A stretch of 64,000 bases of DNA from Candidatus Undinarchaeota archaeon (GCA_964519305.1 CAZFHY010000008.1:32001-96000); one strand, 5' to 3'. Shown: positions 18,547 to 29,145, counted from the first letter of the stretch. Numbers and translations are program-made. Notes: generated by a model from the letters alone, not told the origin.

Positions 18547-20121
18547 ATGGAACTACACCTCTCGCGTGACACGGTCGACGAGATCCAGTCCTATCTTCAG
18601 GACAACGATCTCGGTGGCTATTTTGTCTATACCGAGGAAGGCTCCGATCCCTATGCCGAGAAGGTCGCCGAAGTATCGAACTCGTGGCCTGCCGCGTTCT
18701 ATGTCCCTGCCCAGGGGGACGCGGTCGCGATCGTCAGCCACGCGGAAGCGGGCGCGGTTGAGCAGGCAGGTGTGTTCGACAAGGTCAAGGCCTGGAACTC
18801 CTACAGCGAGTTCAACGCCTACATCGGCAAGGCGCTCGATAGCGCCGCAGGACCCGTAGTCATTGATTCATCCTCCGGCGATGCACGCACCGATTACCTC
18901 TCACACGACTCTTACGAGGACATATCCCGTCTCACCAGCGCTGCTGATTTTCAGGGTGCAGACGGTCTGTGGGACTCAGTCGGGTACGTCAAGGCCAGGG
19001 AGAAGACAATAACGGCCAGCGATGCCACCCGGTCGACGCGACTTGACCAGCTGGCCGCCGGTGTGAAGAAGGCAGGAGCGGATGCTCTCGTCATGCTCTC
19101 CGGTATCGGCCAGGCGGCCGATGTCATCACGACATACACGCTAGGCCGCGCAGACGATGAGCGCTCCGCCGTCATCGTCAAACCCGATGGGGAAAAGGTA
19201 GCTCTCGTCTCGTCCACTGACGTGTCCAATATCGGGGCCGGAGCGTTCGACCGAGTGCTAACGTACGACAACTCGGCTCAGTTCGAGTCCGCTCTTGAGA
19301 GTGAGCTCGACGGGACCGGGAAGTTGCTCTACAATCCCGATATCACTCAGGGTAATTACGAACTGCTCGAGAAGGCCAGTTCAGGCGATCTCAGCTCCGC
19401 TAATAGGCTTTTCTTCGACGTCCGCAAGACCAAGACCTCCGAAGAGATCGCAGATATCCAGAAGGCGGTGGACATCACGAAGGACGTCGTAGAGAAGGTC
19501 ATCGATTCCATCGACGTGGGGACCACGGAGAAGGAGATCTACGATCGCATAATGGGTGAGTGGGACAAGCGCGGGCTAGATCCCTCGTTCACGCCTCTTG
19601 TGGCCATCGGAGAGAACGCCGCCAACATCCACCACCTCACGCCCACTGACAGGGACGCCCGGAAGGGCGACGTCATACTCATTGACCTCGGGGCACGACT
19701 CCAATCCGGTATGTGCTCCGACATCACCTACATGGTACACATGGGCGAGAACCCCTCGGACGAGGTCAAGGCCATGGACGAGGCCATGGACAAGGCCATC
19801 TACGCTGCCGTGGACCGCCTCCAGGTGGGGGCCAAGGGTTTCGAGGCTGACAGGGCCGCACGAGGCGTGCTCAGGAACGCCGGCTACCCCGAGTTCCGTC
19901 ACGGGACCGGTCACGCTCTCGGGTTCACCGTCCACGACCTCGGCAACGGTGTGAACGGTGGGGCATCGAAGCCCTACGAGGCCGGCGAGGTGGTCACCGT
20001 CGAACCCGGCATCTACATCGAGGGCTGGGGCGGGTTCCGCAAGGAGATAGACGTCGTCATCACCGAGGACGGACCTGTTATGCTCAACGAGCCCGCAAAG
20101 CTCGTGTGTAAGAAGGTGTAG
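18547..20121 (+). CDS. M24B Xaa-Pro aminopeptidase with duplicated N-terminal domain
   Basis: DLGAR, SDIT, HGTGHALGFTVHD, TVEPGIY and RKE metal-ligand motifs. Confidence 0.9.
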   Translation: MELHLSRDTVDEIQSYLQDNDLGGYFVYTEEGSDPYAEKVAEVSNSWPAAFYVPAQGDAVAIVSHAEAGAVEQAGVFDKVKAWNSYSEFNAYIGKALDSAAGPVVIDSSSGDARTDYLSHDSYEDISRLTSAADFQGADGLWDSVGYVKAREKTITASDATRSTRLDQLAAGVKKAGADALVMLSGIGQAADVITTYTLGRADDERSAVIVKPDGEKVALVSSTDVSNIGAGAFDRVLTYDNSAQFESALESELDGTGKLLYNPDITQGNYELLEKASSGDLSSANRLFFDVRKTKTSEEIADIQKAVDITKDVVEKVIDSIDVGTTEKEIYDRIMGEWDKRGLDPSFTPLVAIGENAANIHHLTPTDRDARKGDVILIDLGARLQSGMCSDITYMVHMGENPSDEVKAMDEAMDKAIYAAVDRLQVGAKGFEADRAARGVLRNAGYPEFRHGTGHALGFTVHDLGNGVNGGASKPYEAGEVVTVEPGIYIEGWGGFRKEIDVVITEDGPVMLNEPAKLVCKKV

Positions 20122-20130
20122 CGTACTCCG

Positions 20131-21315
20131 TTACTCTTCCTGCGCATCCCACATCTGCTGACGCATCTCCTCGCCTTCCTCGATCACGTCCGCTGATGGA
20201 CCGTACTTACCGCCGAGGCTATGGTCAGGGAAGATGAGCTCTTCAATCTCGTTCTGGAACTTATAGACCGCGCCGCCGATAGCGCCGACTATGAGGAGCA
20301 GGATGATGAAGAACGTCGTATATGAGACAGTTGTGCTACGGTTGAATATGGCCACCCGGTGGTTGCCCGTGTCCGCCACATAGACACGCGTTGCGGTAGC
20401 AGCGACGCCCGATGGCGCCTTGAGACGGGACTCCTCGGAAGCGGCTGAGCCTCCGATATGCTCGTCAAGGTCACCGCTCATGAAGAACACACCGATGCGG
20501 TTGTTTCGTGTGTCTGCCACGTATATGCGCTCGTCGTCAACGAACACGCCGCGCGGTGAGTGCAGAGCGATATCGCTCGTACCGGGTTCGTTCTTCCCTA
20601 TCTGGCCGACGTAATCCAGCCCTTCATCATAGTATGTGACACGATGGTTCTTCGTGTCGGCTATGTACAGGAAGTCGCCCGAGGCCATCCCTGAGGGCAT
20701 GTTGAGAGTGTTATCGCTGTCGGTAGCGGTGCCCGTGACCCCTATCTGCTTGATGTACTTGCCCTCCAGGTCGAATATGTTCAACCGATGGTTGTCGGTG
20801 TCCACTACGTAGATGGAGCTGGAGTCTGCGAAAACATCCGATGGTACGTTGAACTCGTTGGTCTCTATGCCCGCAGTCAGGTTCCCTATCTGGAACTTGA
20901 AGTTCTGGTCCAGGTCGTACACCATGACCCTGTTGTTACCCGTGTCCGCGACGTATATGGCCTCAGTAGTGGCGTACACTCCGCGCGGATTGGTGAAGTG
21001 TTCATTGTCCGTTCCTGAACCACTCTCGAACGCATCCTCTTCTCCGTTCCCGTTGATATCCTTGTAGCCACCCTTACCGCCGAGCTGTCCGACATATTTC
21101 CCGTCCAGGTCGTAGAGGACGATACGGTGGTTGCCGGAATCCGCTACATATAGGTCGGTACCGGAGACATGTACACCGATAGGGCTTTGGAGGAGGTCCC
21201 GGCCTTTCCCGGATCGTCCCGTTTCTCCTATCTGTGATCCGTATGAGGCAGCATGCACAAGTACCAACGCGAGCCATATCGTGACAGCGAGAGAAGCTCG
21301 CGTGATTCTGGGCAT
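20131..21315 (-). CDS. Secreted NHL-repeat beta-propeller protein with C-terminal TM anchor
   Basis: Signal peptide, six P.GV.....IYVADTGNHRI-type repeats, C-terminal TM. Confidence 0.9.
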   Translation of the reverse strand: MPRITRASLAVTIWLALVLVHAASYGSQIGETGRSGKGRDLLQSPIGVHVSGTDLYVADSGNHRIVLYDLDGKYVGQLGGKGGYKDINGNGEEDAFESGSGTDNEHFTNPRGVYATTEAIYVADTGNNRVMVYDLDQNFKFQIGNLTAGIETNEFNVPSDVFADSSSIYVVDTDNHRLNIFDLEGKYIKQIGVTGTATDSDNTLNMPSGMASGDFLYIADTKNHRVTYYDEGLDYVGQIGKNEPGTSDIALHSPRGVFVDDERIYVADTRNNRIGVFFMSGDLDEHIGGSAASEESRLKAPSGVAATATRVYVADTGNHRVAIFNRSTTVSYTTFFIILLLIVGAIGGAVYKFQNEIEELIFPDHSLGGKYGPSADVIEEGEEMRQQMWDAQEE

Positions 21316-21481
21316 GACTGCTCCTCTGCGCCAAACCTATATAAGCTTCACGGGGGCGGCGCACAGCTCGACTCGGACGGTCCTTTCTTCAGGGGACCGA
21401 AACAGGATTGTGATGCCTCAGATGCCCGCCACTCCGCTCTAAGGTAGGTTGTTATAAAGGAATAGGGAGCCTCTCGTCCCG

Positions 21482-22024
21482 ATGCCCCTGCCTCTCGATG
21501 ATCCTCTCCTCGAAATCGGGCTCTTCTTTGCTGCAGGACATCTGATGAAGGTCGCGGACCGCTATCCTGCGCGGAGCGAGGCTTCATGGGGGATGGTGGC
21601 CGGGGCCGGGAGCGGACTGATCCTTGCCGCGCTCATGTCCGTTAGTTCTTCCTTTTCCGCAGTAGTACTGGCAATCCTTGCAGGTAGCATGGTGACCGGG
21701 AAGGTCGACTGCCCGGCGCATTGGGCCGGTCTCGGAACGCTAGTTGCCGGTGCGCTCCTCTGGGGGATCGCGACACCTGAGCTCGTGATCCTGTTGGTGC
21801 TCGCTGTAGCGGCCGCGATGGATGAAGTTGGCGACGAGGCCGCTGAATCATCCGGACGCGGTATGAAGCGGGGCTGGGTGCTCATGCTCCGCCCTTTTCT
21901 GAAGCTCACCGCGATCGGAGCGGCGATATGGGCCCTGCTCCCATGGCAGGGGGCCTGGGCAGTGCTCGCTTTCGATTCGGGCTACACCGTGGCCGATGTT
22001 GAACCGGCAGGCCGGACCTTATAG
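21482..22024 (+). CDS. Hypothetical multi-pass membrane protein
   Basis: Hydrophobic 180-aa ORF with K.AD, GKVD..AH, DE and FD.GY motifs; TATA upstream. Confidence 0.65.
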   Translation: MPLPLDDPLLEIGLFFAAGHLMKVADRYPARSEASWGMVAGAGSGLILAALMSVSSSFSAVVLAILAGSMVTGKVDCPAHWAGLGTLVAGALLWGIATPELVILLVLAVAAAMDEVGDEAAESSGRGMKRGWVLMLRPFLKLTAIGAAIWALLPWQGAWAVLAFDSGYTVADVEPAGRTL

Positions 22025-24060
22025 AGCGTTATGCGGGCCCGGGACGTGGGCTCTTGGTACAAGCGGCTGTCAAGTACCGGCACGAGTCGGAAGTTATCAT
22101 GGTACCTGCGGCATGTAGCGGGGAGCGTCCTTCCGGTGGTAGGGAGATTCGACAGCTCCCGACAGAACACGTTCTCGTACAGGTACACGCAATCACCTCT
22201 TGTCACCATACCTTTAGCAGCATGCTCGTACTGGAGCGCCATCGCCCGCTTTCCCCATGCGTTGTTCACGAAGAAGGGCGAGGCGGTAAGGACGTAGCAG
22301 TTGTCCGGGACGGCTGCGGCGGCCACCTGTGCGAAGCTCGCCTCTTGTATCGGGCCATAAGGGCATCCGGGTGTCGAGAACACCTCGGGCAGTAATGGGA
22401 GAGAAAAGAACACGAGAACGACCAGTAGCAGTTGTGGTCGCGCCTTCGCGCGCTCGGAGGCCCACCATACGCCAGCGCCCGCGAGGATGAGCATCGGTGG
22501 ATAGGCGAGTAGCATATGACGGTCCTGATTACAGTCAGTTAGCGGGATCCGATGGAGAGTGAAGGCCGTGGCGGCCACCATGAACCAGGCCAGGAACGCG
22601 AGCGTTGTGGACCGGTCCCGTTTTGCGAGGGTTACGGCACCACAAATGGCAAGGAGGGTCACTAACGGTGAATGGTGGGCGGTCCCATACCAGAACCACA
22701 TGGCCTTGGGCACGTCCTCTCCCCCCGTTGAGAACATCTCTCCCAGAGATGAACCCGACCATGAGAGCTCGTGGGACAGGTAGGACGGGAGAATGGCGGT
22801 CCCAAGGACAAGCAAGGCGAGCATGAGGTCGCGGAGGCGTGGGCGGGCTGCGATGGCGATGGCCGGGAGCGCCATGGCGGCGGCAGGGGACACCGTCAGT
22901 GCGAGCGCCGAGGCGAAGCTGGCTGATACCAGTGCCATGGGACGTCGCCATCGGCCATGGACTAGCGCACCGCACATGGCGATGGTAAGGAGCAGTATCG
23001 ATATCGGCTCATATGAGGCCGTCGTGGCGTAGCGGACGTGTAGTGGTAGGATGGCCAGTAGCGTGGGCGGTACAAGCGCATGTACTGGTGGGAGGCCTGC
23101 CAGAAGTCCCGCGAGGAACAGGAACGGCAGGGATGCAAGGGCTGCCGCAAAGGACAGCGATGGACCTGATCCTGCTCCCATCAGGGAATCGGAGAGCGCG
23201 ATGAGCATGGGCCATCCGACAGGGAGCGGGGACGGGGCCGTTCTGTAGCACTCGCCCAGCCTGCCCATGGTGCACAGGTCGTGCTTACCTTCGACCAGGA
23301 TGAAACGGGCTCCCTCACTGTATCCCCACTCGTCCATGAACACTCGGGGCGTGAACGGTTCGACCCACGGTGCGACACGTAGCAAAAGAGCGAGAGCGCA
23401 CACAGCCCACAACGCCATGATGACCGGCCTCCCTGCGAGGGCGAACGTGTTTGCCATCGGACGTCGTAGCCGGACGAGAGAGAGCACGAGACCAGTGATC
23501 AGAAGTATCGTGAGCGACTCCTGTCTGAGACCTGCAAGTGTGCGGGCCGTCTCGTCCGGTGGTGGTGCAGGAGTGGGCGTGAACTGCCAGTCGTCCGAGA
23601 ACAGTGTGTCAGATGGTCCGGACGCGCCGGCGAACTCGTAGGCGACAGCCCCAACAGCGATGGTTGAGGGGTTGCCTATGGCCTCGAGGGATATGCTCAC
23701 CTCGAGAACATCAGGTCCATTAAGATGTGCTTCAGTCCCGATAGCGTCGAGCTCTTTGAGGATGGGCTCCTCGTCGAATAGACGGATGGTGCCATCGGGG
23801 GCGATATTCAGGGAGTACTCGCGTCCATCATCCCCGTCGGTATTTAGTACGAGCTCGATGACGTTCGCCTGATGGTACGGTCCGGTGGCCTCCACCCGGA
23901 CCATGAGGCGCCCACCTTCCATACGTGTAAGAAGTCTTGCGAGGTCCGGCCCCCCGGGGGAGGCATCGCCGGTCGGATCATCGGCGACAGTACCGGCGTC
24001 ATCCCACCCAGTCTGCCCGACCGCAAGAGCAATGATCAGAACGAGAACGGCCCACCTCAC
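21982..24060 (-). CDS. GT-C-type membrane glycosyltransferase-like protein with N-terminal acidic extracellular beta domain
   Basis: Signal peptide, DPTGDA...PDL domain, MDE motif, multiple TMs, Cys-containing C-terminal domain. Confidence 0.65.
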   Translation of the reverse strand: MRWAVLVLIIALAVGQTGWDDAGTVADDPTGDASPGGPDLARLLTRMEGGRLMVRVEATGPYHQANVIELVLNTDGDDGREYSLNIAPDGTIRLFDEEPILKELDAIGTEAHLNGPDVLEVSISLEAIGNPSTIAVGAVAYEFAGASGPSDTLFSDDWQFTPTPAPPPDETARTLAGLRQESLTILLITGLVLSLVRLRRPMANTFALAGRPVIMALWAVCALALLLRVAPWVEPFTPRVFMDEWGYSEGARFILVEGKHDLCTMGRLGECYRTAPSPLPVGWPMLIALSDSLMGAGSGPSLSFAAALASLPFLFLAGLLAGLPPVHALVPPTLLAILPLHVRYATTASYEPISILLLTIAMCGALVHGRWRRPMALVSASFASALALTVSPAAAMALPAIAIAARPRLRDLMLALLVLGTAILPSYLSHELSWSGSSLGEMFSTGGEDVPKAMWFWYGTAHHSPLVTLLAICGAVTLAKRDRSTTLAFLAWFMVAATAFTLHRIPLTDCNQDRHMLLAYPPMLILAGAGVWWASERAKARPQLLLVVLVFFSLPLLPEVFSTPGCPYGPIQEASFAQVAAAAVPDNCYVLTASPFFVNNAWGKRAMALQYEHAAKGMVTRGDCVYLYENVFCRELSNLPTTGRTLPATCRRYHDNFRLVPVLDSRLYQEPTSRARITLYKVRPAGSTSATV

Positions 24061-25754
24061 GGTGCGACCCCCTCGATGCGCGCCACATACATGGAGTAGT
24101 GCATGTTGGAAACGGCATCCTTGGGCATGTCCAGTGTATGCTTAGGTCCGAGCCGGAACCGCTCGGTGACCCATGGGACTCGGGACTTGGACATCTCGAC
24201 GTAGACTACACATGCACCCGAACCGACCAGTCCCTCCAGGAGCTCAGGATCCTCCACCGACACAACCGCACGGTCCATTCGTCTTCCCGCGTAGAATGGT
24301 ACGAAGGATGCCACTGTGCAATCCTCCCCGACCACGGTCCTCGCCATGATAAAGAAATCCTGCTCGAACGTGTACCGGTCGGGCGAGACGGAAGTGGTTG
24401 CTGCGGCATCGGCCGTGTACAGTACACCTCCAGTAACGAGGAGGACAAGAGACGAGATGACCAGGATACGACGCCACGGACCTGAGTGCCCGGCAGCGGA
24501 AAGTGCGATGATGACCGGGAGACCGACTGCGGCCCAGAGCCGACCTACGAGGACCTCCGCGGGTCGCAGTTGCGAGGCCAGGGCGACCGTTGGTAGGGAT
24601 CCGAGAGCGATAAGGAGGACCGCTGACACCATGGGCAGCGCCCCCTGGCTCGCGAGAGCGCCCCCGCCAGCACCGGCGAGCGTGCAGAGCGCCAGTGAGA
24701 ACGCCAGCACGGACCGGGGCTGGAAGAGCGGATCGCCGTGAACTATAAAGATGCCCAGTCGCAGGAAGAACCATCCCAGCAGTATGAACAAGAGGCGACG
24801 GTCCTGGCGTGCGAGGGCCGCGATACCGAGCAGGACGAGGAGCGCGGTCCCGGCTGGGATGTACACACCGGAGAAGAGCATGCGGATATAGGGGGTTCTT
24901 GACATGAGGAACGCGGGTGAAAGGTCGAGCGTGCCTGCCGGCTCCTCGCCCTCCTGTGACCACGTGTAGCGGGTGTAGTCCGAGAACTGTGACCAAGCCG
25001 GGATCGCGAGCAGTAATGGGAGAATGAGGGCAAGCCTCCGGAAACGTCCGCTCTTTGTCAGGAGTACCAGTACTGCGAGGAGAGGGAGGGCAAGGACGTT
25101 GTCCAGCCTGACCTGTAAGAAGAGCGCGATGGCCGCACCAGCGAACAGAGAGCTCGAGCGGGTACGGGCCTTCCATGCATGAACAAGAGCGAGGGCCGCT
25201 ATAGACTCGAACAATACCGATAATGCCTCGGAGTGGATTGCTGTCGAGTACACGATATGCATCGGAAGGAAGGCGAGCGCTAGTGCAGCGATGAGACCGG
25301 CCTCCGGACCTATGAGCATGGACACCAGCAGGAACAACACCGGGACCGTCAGGGTTCCTGCGGCCACGGATAACCATACCGGTAGCTGTTCGTCAACACC
25401 CAGAAGGCCATGTGAGACGGACACCACGAGCGGATAGACAGGGAGGTAATAGCGGCGGAGCACTTCGCAATCACCCAGACTCCCGAGTATACAATAGGCA
25501 TCGAGGCGCTCGAGGAGAACTCCGCGGCCCAGTTCCACGAACATGAGCTCACTATCGAAAGCCTCGACATGCTTGTACGGTACCGTTGCACGGAGCAGGA
25601 GGGCTACGATCGTGACGGCAATAAGGGCCGCACGTATCCCGGGCCTTCCACGATGCAGTGGGGCGAGCAGCTGCTTCCGATGGCGCACTGCTAACAGGAT
25701 AACTAGAGCCAGATTAAGTGCTGCGCACGCCAGTGGCAGCCCATCCAGCCCCAT
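24057..25754 (-). CDS. ArnT/PMT-like GT-C membrane glycosyltransferase
   Basis: Multiple TMs; PVYP, LTVPVLFLL, P.HIVYS...SE and R.DN motifs; paralogous to the adjacent gene. Confidence 0.72.
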   Translation of the reverse strand: MGLDGLPLACAALNLALVILLAVRHRKQLLAPLHRGRPGIRAALIAVTIVALLLRATVPYKHVEAFDSELMFVELGRGVLLERLDAYCILGSLGDCEVLRRYYLPVYPLVVSVSHGLLGVDEQLPVWLSVAAGTLTVPVLFLLVSMLIGPEAGLIAALALAFLPMHIVYSTAIHSEALSVLFESIAALALVHAWKARTRSSSLFAGAAIALFLQVRLDNVLALPLLAVLVLLTKSGRFRRLALILPLLLAIPAWSQFSDYTRYTWSQEGEEPAGTLDLSPAFLMSRTPYIRMLFSGVYIPAGTALLVLLGIAALARQDRRLLFILLGWFFLRLGIFIVHGDPLFQPRSVLAFSLALCTLAGAGGGALASQGALPMVSAVLLIALGSLPTVALASQLRPAEVLVGRLWAAVGLPVIIALSAAGHSGPWRRILVISSLVLLVTGGVLYTADAAATTSVSPDRYTFEQDFFIMARTVVGEDCTVASFVPFYAGRRMDRAVVSVEDPELLEGLVGSGACVVYVEMSKSRVPWVTERFRLGPKHTLDMPKDAVSNMHYSMYVARIEGVAP

Positions 25755-25806
25755 GCGACGGCATGGGCAAGTAGGTTTATATAAGTAAACGGCACAAGCT
25801 CCTACG

Positions 25807-26214
25807 ATGGTGCTCCGCTACGCCTATCTAGCGTTCGTGGCCGGATATGTGTTCTTTACGCCCGGGTACCTATTCTCCCGACGTATATATGGTCGAATGG
25901 ACCATGTGGAGGCGCTAGCGATGGGTCTGGGCATGAGCCTTGTAATGGTACCTGTGTTCTCATTCACCGTTGCGCTCCTGCTCGACACGTACGTGAGCGA
26001 TGGCATCGTCCTGGCCACCGCGACCGCGATCAGTCTGTTATGTGGAATCACGCGAGAGCACATGGTCCAGCTCGGAGTGGCGTCACCTGACGTGATCGAG
26101 ATCGAGGTCATCGAGGAAGACGAGGCCGAAGAGGAAGAGGCCGAGAAGGAAGAGGCTGAAGAGGAAGCGGAAGAGGCCGAAGACGAGGACGACGACGACG
26201 AGAAGGAAGAGTGA
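25807..26214 (+). CDS. Small membrane protein (DUF1616-like N-terminus) with long acidic tail
   Basis: FFTPGY and E.LAMGLGMSL motifs; C-terminus almost entirely E/D/A. Confidence 0.65.
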   Translation: MVLRYAYLAFVAGYVFFTPGYLFSRRIYGRMDHVEALAMGLGMSLVMVPVFSFTVALLLDTYVSDGIVLATATAISLLCGITREHMVQLGVASPDVIEIEVIEEDEAEEEEAEKEEAEEEAEEAEDEDDDDEKEE

Positions 26215-26217
26215 GGA

Positions 26218-27225
26218 TCAAGACCTCGCAGTGATCTCCCCGGCATAGTCCGTGTGCATCATTGACCTGACCTTTTCAGGATCGGTCGTATGGCCGAGTA
26301 CCCACATTAGCTTCACGAGCGCGGCCTCGGAGTTCATATCGTAGGCCGGGATGGCCCCCGACTTGAGCGCGAGAAGTCCAGTCCTATACACGTCCGACCA
26401 CGCAGCGCCGAACACGCACTGCGTGGTGAGCACAACGTGACATCCGGACCCTACCACTTTTTCGATGGTCGGGACCAGGCTCAGTTCATCGGTTGGGACG
26501 TTCCCCGCACCGAACCCTTCGATCACGATACCGTGGTGACTCTCAGCGATCGATGGGAGCAGGGACGGCTGGAATCCGGGGAAGAGCTTGACTAGGCATA
26601 CATCGGTCGCCAGGCGTGTGTCGAGCACAGGTGTGCCCGCGATACGCGGACGAGCATGCGAGGAAAGGACGATGTCGGCCTCGACTGTTCCCACCATTGG
26701 CATTCCCACGCTCTCGAAAGCATCGTAGGCCATGGCGCGTAACTTCTTCGACCGTGATCCCCGGATGATCTTGCTATTGAAGACCAGGACGACCTCTCCA
26801 AGGTCCGCACCGGTGGCCACGCGGAACGCATCAAGGAGGTTCCTCCGCCCGTCCGATCCGACCTCGGAGAACGGCGTCTGTGAACCCGTGAGAACGACAG
26901 GCCCGGGTAGGTGGCGCACCATGAGCGAGATGGCCGCTGCGGTATAGGCCATAGTATCGGTACCATGCGTGATCACTACACCGTCCACATCGTCCTCCGT
27001 GAAGGCTCGATGTACTGCCTCGGCGATCTGCACCCAGTGGTGTGGCTGGAGATTGGACGAATCATGGTTGAAGAGCACCTTGGGGATGATATCGGCGATG
27101 CTCGCCAGTTCGGGTACCTTGTCAACGAGGTCGGGACTGTCCTGTCCCGGTATCAGGCTCTCGGTCCCATCCTCTTTAACAGCTCCAAGGGTCCCTCCCG
27201 CAGAGAGAACGGCTATGCGCTTCAT
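26218..27225 (-). CDS. ansA: Type I L-asparaginase
   Basis: AGGTL, DSSN, THGTDTMAYTA, VLTGSQ, GFGAGN and EAALVKLMW motifs. Confidence 0.92.
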   Translation of the reverse strand: MKRIAVLSAGGTLGAVKEDGTESLIPGQDSPDLVDKVPELASIADIIPKVLFNHDSSNLQPHHWVQIAEAVHRAFTEDDVDGVVITHGTDTMAYTAAAISLMVRHLPGPVVLTGSQTPFSEVGSDGRRNLLDAFRVATGADLGEVVLVFNSKIIRGSRSKKLRAMAYDAFESVGMPMVGTVEADIVLSSHARPRIAGTPVLDTRLATDVCLVKLFPGFQPSLLPSIAESHHGIVIEGFGAGNVPTDELSLVPTIEKVVGSGCHVVLTTQCVFGAAWSDVYRTGLLALKSGAIPAYDMNSEAALVKLMWVLGHTTDPEKVRSMMHTDYAGEITARS

Positions 27226-27316
27226 GGCCTGCGGAGAGAGGTTCGCTATTTAAAAGGCTTGGCTCCGGGACGCCAGCAGCGAGCCTTTATATTTGTTATC
27301 GCGCCCTTGTCATGTC

Positions 27317-28732
27317 ATGGCCGATAGCAAACCGGTAGGCGACTTTCTTGTTCCTCTTCTTAGTTTCTTGGTGGTGCTCACGGCAAGCATTCTCCTTTTC
27401 GCCAAGCTCGGAACCATGGACCTCCCTAGCAAGGGAGACCTCATGACGCTAGTGCTCCCTACTAACCTCGGTGGTGGGGATGACGATGGCGAGGGCGGTG
27501 GCGGTTTCATAGGCCTTGTCAGGGGGAACCTGGCACTTGTCCTCATCCTGTGCGTGTATGCTGCACTGGTCATTTCTCTCATCGCGGTGTCCGCGGTGCT
27601 CAGTCCGATACCGCTTGCTGGCGGGATAATGGTGTCAATGGGCATTATAGGGGCGATGATGCTTAGGCTGGGCTCATCGTCCGGTACGCAGACTGTCTCT
27701 GTGGCCATTCTCCTTGCTTGCCTCTATTCCGCTTACGCCTCATGGAAGAAGTTCTCTGCGCTCATCCAGTTCTCTGGTGGTGAAGTATCGTCAGCAGGAA
27801 CGGCAGGGTTCATGTTCATCGTCGCTCTGGCCCTTGCTCTGGTAGCGTACAATGTCGTCGTGCGCGACCAGACGGACATGCGTGACCAGATCCTGGGGAA
27901 CTTGTTCTCCAATGTGGGTTTTGAGGGCGAGTTCAAATGCACGCACGATGACACTGAAAGGTGCATCAATGACATCCTTGAGGGCGCGACCCAGCAGATG
28001 GCCAAGAAGCAGGTGGCAGGGAGCGTAGAAGGCCAATTGGGGTGTAGCGGATCAGATCAGCTGCGTCCCTGCATTCGCCAGATGGTCAGTCGTCAGCTCC
28101 CCGCGGGTGTCACCGAAGATCAGGTGGAGGACCAGACCGACAACATGATGGGCCAGGTCCTGAACAGCTATGGTGTGGACACCACGCTGGGCTGGGACAC
28201 GCGTACCGTCGATGACCTCGTGGAAGAGGTAGTAAAGACCTCTCCCCAGGTGCGGGCACAGATGGAGGATGGTATGAAACAGCTCAAGAACACCATGGGC
28301 ATGGTAGTCAAATTGCTCGATTATCTCCCCTACATCACCGCGTTCATAGTCTTCACCACGACGATGTTCACCCAGAGCCTCGTCCGACCCCTGACGTCGT
28401 TCCTCTCTACCGCTATCTTCTCGGCACTCCTTGCATCGGGCATCGTGTCCAAGGTCCAGCATACCGTGACCGTGGAGCGGTACGTGGTCACCGTCGGCAA
28501 GAGCGCTCCGGTGCAGAAAAAGCCAAAGAAACGCGAGCGGAAGCATCACAGGCCCCCTCCCAAGGAGGAACCTGCCGAGGACAAGCCCGAGCCCCGACCT
28601 GAACCGAGGGAGGAACCTGAGCTCCATCAAGGCCCGCCGCCGCAACCAGAATCCGCCCCTACACCCACTGCAGAGCCAGAATCGTTCTCCGATATATCGG
28701 CCGGTGGCGGTGCAGGGTTCGACGACCTCTAG
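27317..28732 (+). CDS. Hypothetical multi-pass membrane protein with helical loop domain and Pro/Glu-rich tail
   Basis: Several hydrophobic segments; TTTATA about 28 nt upstream of the ATG. Confidence 0.7.
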   Translation: MADSKPVGDFLVPLLSFLVVLTASILLFAKLGTMDLPSKGDLMTLVLPTNLGGGDDDGEGGGGFIGLVRGNLALVLILCVYAALVISLIAVSAVLSPIPLAGGIMVSMGIIGAMMLRLGSSSGTQTVSVAILLACLYSAYASWKKFSALIQFSGGEVSSAGTAGFMFIVALALALVAYNVVVRDQTDMRDQILGNLFSNVGFEGEFKCTHDDTERCINDILEGATQQMAKKQVAGSVEGQLGCSGSDQLRPCIRQMVSRQLPAGVTEDQVEDQTDNMMGQVLNSYGVDTTLGWDTRTVDDLVEEVVKTSPQVRAQMEDGMKQLKNTMGMVVKLLDYLPYITAFIVFTTTMFTQSLVRPLTSFLSTAIFSALLASGIVSKVQHTVTVERYVVTVGKSAPVQKKPKKRERKHHRPPPKEEPAEDKPEPRPEPREEPELHQGPPPQPESAPTPTAEPESFSDISAGGGAGFDDL

Positions 28733-28854
28733 AGCTTGTGCAATACGCCACGGGACGACAATTGTCCTAATTAGCGGTCTCGATAATCGATGGACTTAGC
28801 GTTTGCGATTTCTCCGACTAAAGAAGAAAACGGTCAGGTATCGGTTCGATCAGT

Positions 28855-28971
28855 CTAGAAGAGTCTCTGAGCCTGCTCGCCAGCCTCTACACAGGAGTAG
28901 GCCACACAGACGTCGTCCTTCCAGAACTCGCACTCTGCGCACTTGCGCTTCTGTTGTTCGGGTATGCTCAC
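28855..28971 (-). CDS. 38-aa Cys-rich microprotein (putative Zn-binding)
   Basis: Manual translation MSIPEQQKRKCAECEFWKDDVCVAYSCVEAGEQAQRLF; AGGTGA RBS and AT-rich promoter upstream. Confidence 0.6.
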   Translation of the reverse strand: MSIPEQQKRKCAECEFWKDDVCVAYSCVEAGEQAQRLF

Positions 28972-29145
28972 ACGAATCACCTGTTAGGATTTATGGGGGC
29001 TCAGGTTCTTTATATGTGTATGCTTTATACATTCATATAACATATTATACCTTATTAGCTCCGTGACGCGTTCTTGACGCTCGAAAAACTATCTTTTTGA
29101 TAGATTTCTGACCTCTGCGAGCGTAAGTGCCCGCTATACAGGGCT

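Noticed and set aside
21378-21410. Hammerhead-like stem followed by GAAAC
   Set aside because: The required CUGANGA core is absent
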